Shown in pieces: positions 28,343 to 36,602 of a stretch of 64,000 nt of DNA (the first letter of the stretch is position 1; each line of letters begins with the position of its first letter). The notes beneath the pieces are model-generated. The model worked only from the letters and a program-made list of their open reading frames with translations. It made no database searches and had not been told where the DNA came from. Source of the stretch: Pseudomonadota bacterium (GTDB lineage: Bacteria; Pseudomonadota; Alphaproteobacteria; Sphingomonadales; Sphingomonadaceae); contig JAFECL010000003.1 of assembly GCA_018242165.1 (NCBI GenBank), positions 6,290-70,289 of the forward strand, given 5' to 3'. Both the position numbers and the translations under genes were made by a program.

Positions 28343-28377
28343 CAGATGCTCGCACGCTTCACGCCTGCGAGCATCTG
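28343..28377 (+). terminator. Hairpin after PEP-CTERM gene
   Basis: 12-bp stem cagatgctcgca / tgcgagcatctg. Confidence 0.55.
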
Positions 28378-28543
28378 ACTTCCCCGGCCCGGGCGCCTAG
28401 CCCCGGCTGAGGCGCAAGCCAGATCGATCGGCAGACCGGGCAGGGGGTAACCTCCTGCCCGGTCGTCGCGTGCGCACAGGGCCGCGATCGGGCGGCCGAC
28501 ATCGCGCAAGACTATGGGCACCCACCCAAGCGAGCACGATCCC

Positions 28544-29272
28544 TCAGTCACACAGCAGGCACAGTTCCTCGCCTGCCCAGCGGGCAAGTGCCGCACCGGC
28601 CAGGGCAATTCCCTCCTCCTCGCCCATCTGGTTGACCAGCCTTGCACACAGCTCGGCAAAGCGGAGTTCGCCCTGCAGGAATTCGTCCCCTGCCTGCAAG
28701 GGGCGGAACCGCGGCACGTAGCCCAGGCGCCAGACCAGTACTGCCTGCGGTTCAGTCAGGGCGCGTGCGGTGGGCGGTTCGCCCTCATCGATCAACGCGG
28801 CAAGGATTTCGGCGGCATTGGTCGTGACCGTCACATGGCGGCACGAAGGCACCGGGGCCAGCCGGGCCTGATCCCAATCGATCGCAGCCAGGTCCGCCAA
28901 GCGCAACGGCGCCGCGTCGGCAGCGACGAAGGCCTGTTCCAGTGCCCATTCGAGCCGGGCAAGGTCAGCCACTTCCGGATCATCGGCGAAGAGCTCGGCC
29001 AGCGTCTCGGCAAAGCCCGCGCCATAGGCATCGAGCGTCCAGCTGACCGGCTCATGCGCTTCGATATGCCGCGCTGCGGCGGCGGCGAAGGTTGCGTCGC
29101 CCAGCCAGGCGCGGGTCTGGGCATAGGCGTTTTCCAGCGCCGCCATCAGCGCCGCGCGATGGTTGTTGAGATAGACCGCCGGGCCTGCCCCCCCGCCCAG
29201 TCCCTGGGCCAGCGCCGGGTCGCCGCTGCGCAGCCAGCCGATCATCGTTTGCTGCAGCTGCGCCAGGCTCAT
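28544..29272 (-). CDS. DUF2063-domain MNIO partner protein (BufC/HvfC-like)
   Basis: 'LAQLQQ..VYLNNHRAAL..YAQTRAWLGD..F', 'YGAGF', 'DLARLEWA'; ATGA-coupled to DUF692. Confidence 0.85.
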   Translation of the reverse strand: MSLAQLQQTMIGWLRSGDPALAQGLGGGAGPAVYLNNHRAALMAALENAYAQTRAWLGDATFAAAAARHIEAHEPVSWTLDAYGAGFAETLAELFADDPEVADLARLEWALEQAFVAADAAPLRLADLAAIDWDQARLAPVPSCRHVTVTTNAAEILAALIDEGEPPTARALTEPQAVLVWRLGYVPRFRPLQAGDEFLQGELRFAELCARLVNQMGEEEGIALAGAALARWAGEELCLLCD

Positions 29273-30093
29273 GCCGGCACCCTCGCCTCGGCGGCAATGC
29301 TGCGGGCGATGTCGAGTTCGGCCAGCAGTTCGGGCAGTTCGGGAATATTGTCGTCGCGCTCGATCATCGCCGCAACCGCGCCGAAGCGATCCACCGCAGT
29401 GCGATAGAGCGCCCAGACGCCATCGGGCACCGGCTGGTCGTGGGTGTCGATCAGCAGGTCGCGGCCCTGGCTGTGCCCGGCCAGATGGATCTGACCCACC
29501 GAATCGCGCGGGATGCCCGCCAGATATTCAGCGGCGGAAAAGCCATGGTTCGCCGCGCTGACGAAGATGTTGTTGATGTCGAGCAGCAGGCCGCAGCCGG
29601 TGCGGGCGACCAGTTCGCTCAAAAATTCCCATTCGCGCAGTTCGCCCGTAAAGGCGATGTAGCTTGAGGGGTTTTCGACCAGCATCGCGCGGCCCAACGC
29701 ATCCTGCGCGGCCAGCACACTGCGGCAGGTGATCGCCAGCGCCTCTTCGGTATAGGGCAGCGGCAGCAGGTCGTGGCTGTTAACCCCGCCGAAGCGGGTC
29801 CAGCACAGGTGGTCGGACACCACCGCCGGCTCGATCTCGTCGACCAGCGCGCGCAATCGGGCGAGGTAGGCCGGATCGGGCCCGTCCGCCGAACCGATCG
29901 ACATCGAAACGCCATGAAGCGCGACCGGATAGTGTTCGCGCACCTTGCGCAGCGTGTCGCGGGGGCGCCCCCCGTCGATCATGAAATTTTCCGAGATCAC
30001 CTCGATGAAGTCGACCGGCGCGCTGCCGGCCAGAAAGTCGGCATAGTGCGGCCGGCGCATGCCAAGCCCATGTCCCGAAAGCGGCTTGCCCAT
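29269..30093 (-). CDS. DUF692 multinuclear non-heme iron oxidative enzyme (BufB/HvfB-like)
   Basis: 'GLGMRRPH', 'FIEVISENF', 'HGVSMSIG', 'SDHLCW', 'ENPSSY', 'LLDINN', 'IHLAGH', 'IDTH', 'IERD'. Confidence 0.95.
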   Translation of the reverse strand: MGKPLSGHGLGMRRPHYADFLAGSAPVDFIEVISENFMIDGGRPRDTLRKVREHYPVALHGVSMSIGSADGPDPAYLARLRALVDEIEPAVVSDHLCWTRFGGVNSHDLLPLPYTEEALAITCRSVLAAQDALGRAMLVENPSSYIAFTGELREWEFLSELVARTGCGLLLDINNIFVSAANHGFSAAEYLAGIPRDSVGQIHLAGHSQGRDLLIDTHDQPVPDGVWALYRTAVDRFGAVAAMIERDDNIPELPELLAELDIARSIAAEARVPA

Positions 30094-30117
30094 CGTTACT
30101 GCTCCGCCAGCCCTGAT

Positions 30118-30148
30118 CCGCCGCCGGGGGGAGGGGCCCCGGCGGCGG
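30118..30148 (-). other. Stem-loop between precursor gene and maturase
   Basis: 12-bp stem ccgccgccgggg / ccccggcggcgg. Confidence 0.7.
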
Positions 30149-30158
30149 GAAGGCCGGA

Positions 30159-30425
30159 TTACTTGGCCTTGGTGGTGCCGCCGGCGGCCTTGCAGGCCTT
30201 CAGCGACAGTTCCTTGAACCCCTGGCCCTTGCACTCGTTCATGCCCTTGCACTCATGGTTGCCCGACTTGCAGTCCGAGGTGCCCTTGCAGGTGTTGACG
30301 CCGTAGCAGTGGACAACCTTGGCGGCATGGGCGGCCAGCGCCGGGGCAGGGGCGGCGACAGCGGCAATGGCGACGGCAGCGGCGCCGGCGGCCAGACCAA
30401 GGCTGGAGGTGTTGTAGGTGTGCAT
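30159..30425 (-). CDS. Bufferin precursor, 6-Cys BufA2-like
   Basis: Signal peptide then 'HCYGVNTCKGTSDCKSGNHECKGMNECKGQGF..AC..AGG'; directly upstream of DUF692. Confidence 0.88.
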   Translation of the reverse strand: MHTYNTSSLGLAAGAAAVAIAAVAAPAPALAAHAAKVVHCYGVNTCKGTSDCKSGNHECKGMNECKGQGFKELSLKACKAAGGTTKAK

Positions 30426-30463
30426 CTGGGATCTCCTGATCATGCCACAAGCGGCGTAGGGCA

Positions 30464-30489
30464 TACGCGCGCGAGCCGGTTGAGGTTAC
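30464..30489 (-). promoter_or_regulatory. SigF-type ECF promoter
   Basis: GTAACC-N16-CGTA on the minus strand. Confidence 0.85.
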
Positions 30490-30495
30490 ACCGGT

Positions 30496-31137
30496 TTACC
30501 AGCGCAGCAAGCGCGGGCCCAGCAGGGCGCCGATGCCGGCGGCCATCAGGATGCCCAGCGTGTACCAGGTCAGCACGAAGATTGCCGACATTTCAGGGCA
30601 GTGCAGGCAATAGAGCATCGCCCCCAGCGCGCCCGAGGCCAGGCCGGCTGCGGCCCCGGCCAGGCCCAGCCGCGTCGGTGCCATGCGCCGGAACGACCAC
30701 AACAGGCCAATGAACAGGGGGGTGGAAAGCGCGAGGATCAGCCATGGGCAGACCATCCAGGTCTGCCCCAGCCACATTGCCCGCCAGTGCGAGGGCGGGA
30801 CCTGTGCCATTTCCACCACGCCGATGGCGGCAAGCGCCACGACCGGCAGGGCAAACAGCCATAGCGAGCGGTGCAGCCGGCCATCGGGCCGCCCCAGGGT
30901 TCGGACCAGCCCCAGCGCCAGCACACCCAGCGAGAGCGCATAGGCCCATTTCACCCAGAAGGTGTAATGCCGGATCACCTGATCGAGCGCGGGATTGACG
31001 CCCACGGTCAGCACGATCAGCGCCAGCGTCACCAGCCCGCCGGCCAGCAGCCCCAGCGCGATCCGCCGGTCGGCGGCGCGGGGCGGGGCGGGCTGGAGGT
31101 TCTGCACCAGCTGGTCGATCAGGGCCTCAGTGTCCAT
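30496..31137 (-). CDS. nrsF: Anti-sigma factor NrsF (DUF1109)
   Basis: 'MDTEALIDQL', multiple TM helices, 'LYCLHCPE..FVLTWY'. Confidence 0.9.
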   Translation of the reverse strand: MDTEALIDQLVQNLQPAPPRAADRRIALGLLAGGLVTLALIVLTVGVNPALDQVIRHYTFWVKWAYALSLGVLALGLVRTLGRPDGRLHRSLWLFALPVVALAAIGVVEMAQVPPSHWRAMWLGQTWMVCPWLILALSTPLFIGLLWSFRRMAPTRLGLAGAAAGLASGALGAMLYCLHCPEMSAIFVLTWYTLGILMAAGIGALLGPRLLRW

Positions 31138-31663
31138 CAGCGCCCCCCGTCAGACGCGCGGCAAGCGCCTTCAGGCCACGATGGACCGATACCTTCACGT
31201 CCGATTCGCCAAGGCCGGCGGCCCCGGCATGGTCGGCAACCGAATGGCCTTCCAGCTTGGTCTGGCGGATCGCTTCGGCCTGCTTGGCGGGCAGGGTGGC
31301 GAGCAGACGGTTCACGTCCAGCCGCGCCCCGACCACGTCCTCGAACCCTTCCTCGGCCAGAATATCGTCAAGTTCGGCCACGTTGCAGGTCTGGCGGCGG
31401 CGGCGGAACAGGTCGATCATCTTGTAGCGTGCGATCGCGTAGAGCCACGGGGTGAAGGGGCGCCGGCCATCATAGCTGGTGCGCCTTTCGTGGATCGCGA
31501 TCAATGTGTCCTGCACAAGGTCCTCGATATCGATGTGGCCTGCGCAACGGCGGCGGTAGAAGGCCTGCAGCATGGGCGCGATGGCGCGCAACAGCGCGGC
31601 ATGCGCGCGCGCATCGCCGGCCAGCCCGCCAACCATCAACTGGCGCAATTCTTCCTCGCGCAT
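31127..31663 (-). CDS. sigF: ECF sigma factor, SigF-like
   Basis: 'EDLVQDTLIAIHERRTSYD..PFTPWLYAIARYK', 'VKVSVHRGLKAL'; overlaps nrsF. Confidence 0.9.
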   Translation of the reverse strand: MREEELRQLMVGGLAGDARAHAALLRAIAPMLQAFYRRRCAGHIDIEDLVQDTLIAIHERRTSYDGRRPFTPWLYAIARYKMIDLFRRRRQTCNVAELDDILAEEGFEDVVGARLDVNRLLATLPAKQAEAIRQTKLEGHSVADHAGAAGLGESDVKVSVHRGLKALAARLTGGADGH

Positions 31664-31686
31664 CTCTCGCTCTCGTTCGTGGCCAG

Positions 31687-31712
31687 TTCGTGGGCTGATG
31701 CCACATGGTTAC
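31687..31712 (-). promoter_or_regulatory. SigF-type autoregulatory promoter
   Basis: GTAACC-N16-CGAA on the minus strand. Confidence 0.85.
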
Positions 31713-31757
31713 AGGCCTGCTGACCCGGTCCCTGACCTGTTCGCGCGTGGTGCGATT

Positions 31758-31783
31758 GTAACCGGCCCCCGGGGCTCCGCGTA
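31758..31783 (+). promoter_or_regulatory. SigF-type ECF promoter
   Basis: GTAACC-N16-CGTA. Confidence 0.85.
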
Positions 31784-31875
31784 TTGGCCGGTGTGACCAG
31801 CGCGCCGCCGCTGGTCACTCGGCCGGCCCACCGGGCCGTTGCTGAGCCACTGAATTTGGACGAAGGATGATTCAC

Positions 31876-32151
31876 ATGAACACCAATCCGCTTGCCGCCT
31901 CGCTTGCCGCCACCGTTGCGCTCGGGCTGGTCGCCGCTGCTACCCCCGCCAATGCGGCCGGCCCGGCCATGGAAAAGTGCTATGGCATTGCCAAGGCCGG
32001 CAAGAACGACTGCAAGGCCGGTGAAGGCACCAGCTGCGCCGGCACCGCGCACAAGGACTATCAGGGCAACGCCTGGAAGCTGGTCAAGGCTGGCACCTGC
32101 ACCGCGATCAAGACCCCCAAGGGCATGGGCTCGCTGACCCCCAAGCCCTGA
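31876..32151 (+). CDS. Bufferin precursor, DUF2282 BufA1-like (4 Cys)
   Basis: Signal peptide, '[33 protein letters not shown]'. Confidence 0.9.
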   Translation: MNTNPLAASLAATVALGLVAAATPANAAGPAMEKCYGIAKAGKNDCKAGEGTSCAGTAHKDYQGNAWKLVKAGTCTAIKTPKGMGSLTPKP

Positions 32152-32249
32152 CCGCGTGGCCCGCGCACGCCCCTGTGCACCAGCTGCACAGGGCGGGGTA
32201 GCACCGTCCGAGTGCGCGGGCCCATTCCATTCGGACAGGAGAGCCATCG

Positions 32250-32708
32250 ATGCCCCAACTTGCCGAACTCTATCTGCGCGCGGCCGCACTTGCCACGCGG
32301 CTGCTGCCCCCTTCCTTGCTGCTGCTGGTGCAGCGGCTGGGGATTGCCAGCATCTTCTTCCTCTCGGGCCGCACCAAGGTGACCGGCCTGCTCACGATCA
32401 CCGACAGCACCTACGAGCTGTTTCGCGGCGATTACCGGCTGCCGCTGGTACCGCCCGAGCTTGCCGCCCATGCCGCGACCTACAGCGAGCACCTGTTCCC
32501 GATCCTGCTGGTGCTGGGCCTGGGCACGCGGTTCGCCGCGCTCGCGCTGCTGGGGATGACCAGCGTGATCGAGATCTTTGTCTACCCGGATGCCTGGCCG
32601 ACGCATCTTAGCTGGGCCGGGCTGTTGCTGCCGATCGTGGCAATTGGCGGTGGGCGCTGGTCGCTCGATGCGGTGCTGGGCAGGCGGTTGGGCCTTCGCG
32701 CCGCGTAA
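32250..32708 (+). CDS. DoxX family membrane protein (BufD-like)
   Basis: 'IFFLSGRTK', '[19 protein letters not shown]', 'GGGRWSLD'; AGGAG RBS. Confidence 0.9.
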   Translation: MPQLAELYLRAAALATRLLPPSLLLLVQRLGIASIFFLSGRTKVTGLLTITDSTYELFRGDYRLPLVPPELAAHAATYSEHLFPILLVLGLGTRFAALALLGMTSVIEIFVYPDAWPTHLSWAGLLLPIVAIGGGRWSLDAVLGRRLGLRAA

Positions 32709-32808
32709 GGCGCCTTGCGCCCCCGGCGTGGCGCCTGCGGGATCAACCGGTGATCCGGGCTTCTACCATGGCGGGCCCTCGCTACCTTGCCGCACGATGG
32801 CCAAAAGG

Positions 32809-33646
32809 GGTGCTGTCAGTCTAATCGCAACTCGTCTCTGTTTGGCGGAGCTTGGGCTTTGGAGGAGGGGGCTCGGGCCATGAGGGATTGCCACTCGGCC
32901 AGGGCGGCCGAGCGTCGGATCTTGTCGGTCTGTCGATCGACGAGGTGGCGCTCCTGGCTAAAGTGGTTGTGAACGTTGGCATGGACCGAGGCGAACTTCT
33001 GTAAGGAGGCCATCCGCCTGAACCTCAGCATGGCTCGCACTCGTCGTCGGAATGAGAGGTGGCTGTTTTCGGCCCGGTTGTTGGCCCAGCGGCCGATCTC
33101 CTGCTTGGCGCCGTTGCCCACTCGTTGATCGCGGCGCGATAGGAGCGGAGCCCGTCGGTGATGATCGCCTCAGGGGATCCATGGCGCTTGAGTGCTTTCT
33201 TCATGAAGGTGAGGGCAGCCGCCTTGTCCCGCGTCCTGGTCACGAAACTCTCGAGGATCTCGCCTTCCTGGTCGACGGCGCGCCAGAGGTAGACCATCTC
33301 TCCGTTCAGCTTCACGTACTCTCGTCGAGGTGCCAGCGCCACTGCCGGAAGCCCCGCATCCGGCTGACCCGCTGTCTGCGGATGTCGCCGGCGAACATTG
33401 GCCCGAAGCGGTTCCACCACATTCGCACCGTCTCGTGGCAGAGATCAATGCCGCGCTCAAACAGAAGGTCCTCGACGTTGCGCAGCGACAGCGGAAAGCG
33501 CACATACATCATCACCACGAGGCGGATCACCTCGGGCGAGAAGTTGAAGTAGCGGAACGGGCTGGCGGGTTTTCGCGGGCGGGGCATTGCCCCGATCTAC
33601 ACGATCAGCGCTAGCCCGCCAGGGGTGCAGTTGCTTTGACAGGGCC
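32809..33646 (-). mobile_element. IS6-family insertion sequence (degenerate)
   Basis: 838 bp; imperfect terminal IRs GGTGCTGTCA / GGCCCTGTCA; IS6 transposase inside; no target duplication seen. Confidence 0.8.
32816..33587 (-). pseudogene. IS6 DDE transposase, frameshifted twice
   Basis: Three frames: 'PLSLRNVEDLL..WHLDE' / 'YVKLNG..YLWRAVD..ITDGLRSY' / 'NNRAENSH..RRR'; apparent 1-nt deletions near 33320 and 33121. Confidence 0.88.
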
Positions 33647-33720
33647 AGCCGGCTCAAGGCCGCGCAACCGGCGCCATTGCGCCGATCCCGCGCGGTTGGA
33701 GACCAGTTGTCGGGGGTGGC

Positions 33721-33811
33721 TGGCGGAGCGGGAGGGATTCGAACCCTCGATACGCTTTTGGCGTATACTCACTTTCCAGGCGAGCGCCTTCGACCACTCG
33801 GCCACCGCTCC
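33721..33811 (-). tRNA. tRNA-Ser(GGA)
   Basis: GGAGCGG/CCGCTCC acceptor stem, anticodon loop CT-GGA-AA, long variable arm, GGTTCGAATCC T-arm, encoded CCA. Confidence 0.97.
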
Positions 33812-33889
33812 GCATGCACTGGATGGGGGTGGGCCCTAGCGGCACGGGGGGGCTTTCGCAAGCATGGGGTGCGTGGCACAGTTGTGGGC

Positions 33890-34978
33890 ATGAACCCGCT
33901 GATCATCGCCGCCCTGCTGGCCGCCGCACCGGCCCCCGCAACCTTTGCCGCCGCAGCCCCGCCGCCCGCAGATGGCAAGGCGCTGGTCTCTGCCGCGCCC
34001 GGGCCTTCGGAGATCGTCGCCACGGCCCCGGCGGGGGATTGGGTGGCGATTGCGCCGCAAGACCTGCTGGTGATGGACCTTGCCGCCGATGCCAAGGGCC
34101 GCCCGCGCCGGGTGGTGATCCAGCTGATGCCCGCGCCCTTTTCGCAGGGCTGGGTGGGCAATATCCGCAAGCTGGCCGCCGCCCACTGGTGGGATGGCAT
34201 GGCGGTGACGCGGGTGCAGGACAATTACGTCGCGCAATGGGGCGACCCGGAGGCGGACGATCCGGCGAAGGCGAAGAAGCTGCCGGCGGGGTTGGCGGTG
34301 GTGGGGGAAGAGGAGTACGAAGTTGGCGGCGACAGGCCGGGCGCCGCAGAGGGTGCCAGGGCGTTCATGCAACAGCGCAACGCCCGGTTTGCCAGGGTTG
34401 CATCGCTGATCGATCCCGCGCTTGCCGCCGCCGGCGCGCAGTCGCCCGACGCGGCGGCGGCGGATGAGTTGAATGCGATTCCTGCAGACCCCTACGCCAG
34501 CCTGGCCCGACACTGGCATGGCTGGCCGGTTGCCAGCGATGGGCGGCGCGAAGGCTATCGTTTCTGGCCCGTCCACTGCTACGGCATGGTCGGCGTCGGG
34601 CGGAACCTTTCGCCCGATACCGGCTCGGGCGCCGAGCTTTACGCGGTGATCGGCCATGCACCGCGCCATCTTGATCGCAACATCGCTCTGGTTGGCCGGG
34701 TGATCGAGGGGATCGAGCACCTTTCCAGCCTGCCGCGCGGGCACGGGCCGCTGGGCTTTTACGATACGGCGCTGGGGGACGAGCGGGTGCCGATCAGCGC
34801 AGTGCGGCTGGGCAGCGAGGTGGCGGGGCTGCCGGCCTATCAATACCTCTCGACCGAAAGCGCCAGCTTCGCCCGCTATGCCGATGCCCGGGCCAACCGG
34901 CACGATGCCTTCTTCATTCGCCCGGCCGGCGGGGCGGATATCTGCAACGTGCCGGTTCCCGTCCGCCGCGCGAAGTGA
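33890..34978 (+). CDS. Cyclophilin-type peptidyl-prolyl isomerase, secreted
   Basis: Signal peptide; 'RVQDNYVAQWGD', 'HCYGMVGVGR', 'IGHAPRHLDRN..GRVIEG'. Confidence 0.82.
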   Translation: MNPLIIAALLAAAPAPATFAAAAPPPADGKALVSAAPGPSEIVATAPAGDWVAIAPQDLLVMDLAADAKGRPRRVVIQLMPAPFSQGWVGNIRKLAAAHWWDGMAVTRVQDNYVAQWGDPEADDPAKAKKLPAGLAVVGEEEYEVGGDRPGAAEGARAFMQQRNARFARVASLIDPALAAAGAQSPDAAAADELNAIPADPYASLARHWHGWPVASDGRREGYRFWPVHCYGMVGVGRNLSPDTGSGAELYAVIGHAPRHLDRNIALVGRVIEGIEHLSSLPRGHGPLGFYDTALGDERVPISAVRLGSEVAGLPAYQYLSTESASFARYADARANRHDAFFIRPAGGADICNVPVPVRRAK

Positions 34979-34981
34979 GCC

Positions 34982-35060
34982 GCCCACCCCGCTGCGACTA
35001 GGCCGCCGGCGCGGCCAAGTCTCGCTCCCCTCCCGCATGCGGGAGGGGTTGGGGGTGGGC
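34982..35060. repeat. REP-like palindromic element
   Basis: Outer stem gcccacccc/ggggtgggc enclosing cccctcccgc-at-gcgggagggg and a second stem; resembles intergenic repeats I recall from sphingomonads; only one copy seen here. Confidence 0.6.
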
Positions 35061-35162
35061 AATCGGCGTGCGAAATTCGTATTCAAGCCGCGCCGCCACT
35101 GGCCTTGGGCCGGGGCGGCTGGTAACCCTCCGGCGCCCGAACCCCGGGGGAGACGTGCGCCC

Positions 35163-36602
35163 ATGAGCTTTTCTGCCGACCGACTGCTGCTGTTCGGCGC
35201 CACCGGCGATCTGGCCCAGCGGATGCTGCTGCCCTCGCTGTGCGCGCTGCACGATGACGGGCTGGTGGCCGAGGATCTGGTGATCGTCGGCACCGCGCGC
35301 AGCGAGCTGGACGATGCCGGCTATCAGGCCTTTGCCCGCACCGCGCTGGAACGCTTCCTGCCCGATTTCCGCAAGGGGGCGATCGACAGCTTCCTGGCGC
35401 GGCTGCGCTATCAGCCGCTCGACGCCAACCAGACCGACCAGTTCGCCGCGCTGGCCGCCAAGGTGGGGACGCCGCGCGCCGGCCTCGCGATCTTTCTCTC
35501 CACCGCCCCCAGCCTGTTCGAGCCGACCATCGCCGGGCTGAAGGCCAGTGGCCTGGCCGGCGAAGCAAGCCGGATCGGGCTGGAAAAGCCGCTGGGCACC
35601 TGTCTCGAGAGCAGCCGCCAGATCAACGATGCCGTGGCCCGTGCCTTCCCCGAGGAGCGGACCTTCCGCATCGACCATTACCTTGGCAAGGAAACCGTCC
35701 AGAACCTGCTGGCGCTGCGTTTCGCCAATATCCTGTTCGAGCCGCTGTGGAACGCGGCGCATATCGACCATGTCCAGATCACCGTCGCCGAGACGGTGGG
35801 GCTGGAAGGGCGCGTATCGTTCTACGATGGTGCCGGGGCGTTGCGCGACATGGTCCAGAACCACATGTTGCAGCTGCTGGCCCTGGTGGCGATGGAACCG
35901 CCGGCCAGCTTCGATGCGACGGCGGTGCGCGATGAAAAGGTGAAAGTGCTGCGCGCGCTGCGCCTGATCGCGCCGGACGAGGTGGTGACCGGCCAGTACG
36001 GCGCCGGCGCGGTGGGCGGGCAGGCGGTGCCGGCCTATGCCGAGGAGCTGGGTCAGCCGTCGGACACCGAGACCTTCGTGGCGATCAAGGCGCACCTTGA
36101 TAACTGGCGGTGGAAGGGGGTGCCCTTTTACCTGCGCACCGGCAAGCGTCTGCCTGAACGGACCACCGAGATCGTGATCCAGTTCCGCCACGTGCCGCAC
36201 TCGATCTTCGCGGGCAAGGGCGCGCGGACCGAGCCGAACCGGCTGGTGATCGGGATCCAGCCCGAGGAAAACATCACCCTGTCGCTGATGGCCAAGGTGC
36301 CGGGGCTGGACCGCGACGGGATCCGCCTGCGCTCCGTCCCGCTCGACATCCGGATGAGCGACGCCTTCGCCGGGCCGAAGAAGCGGATCGCCTACGAACG
36401 CCTGCTGCTTGACCTGATCGAGGGCGACCAGACCCTGTTCGTCCGCCGTGACGAGGTCGAGGCACAGTGGGACTGGATCGACGCGATCCGCGCCAGCTGG
36501 GCCGATCATGGCCTGACGCCGCGGCCCTATACCTCGGGCAGCTGGGGCCCCAGCGCGGCGATTGCCCTGGCCGAACGCGATGGAGTTCATTGGCATGAGT
36601 AA
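35163..36602 (+). CDS. zwf: Glucose-6-phosphate dehydrogenase
   Basis: 'FGATGDLA', 'EKPLG', 'RIDHYLGKE', 'RDMVQNH'. Confidence 0.97.
   Translation: MSFSADRLLLFGATGDLAQRMLLPSLCALHDDGLVAEDLVIVGTARSELDDAGYQAFARTALERFLPDFRKGAIDSFLARLRYQPLDANQTDQFAALAAKVGTPRAGLAIFLSTAPSLFEPTIAGLKASGLAGEASRIGLEKPLGTCLESSRQINDAVARAFPEERTFRIDHYLGKETVQNLLALRFANILFEPLWNAAHIDHVQITVAETVGLEGRVSFYDGAGALRDMVQNHMLQLLALVAMEPPASFDATAVRDEKVKVLRALRLIAPDEVVTGQYGAGAVGGQAVPAYAEELGQPSDTETFVAIKAHLDNWRWKGVPFYLRTGKRLPERTTEIVIQFRHVPHSIFAGKGARTEPNRLVIGIQPEENITLSLMAKVPGLDRDGIRLRSVPLDIRMSDAFAGPKKRIAYERLLLDLIEGDQTLFVRRDEVEAQWDWIDAIRASWADHGLTPRPYTSGSWGPSAAIALAERDGVHWHE

Noticed and set aside
33100-33330. Programmed frameshifting in the transposase
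   Set aside because: IS6 transposases are single ORFs, there is no slippery run, and two separate 1-nt losses indicate decay or sequencing error.
32801-33654. Target-site duplication around the IS6
   Set aside because: Flanks CCAAAAGG and AGCCGGCT do not match.
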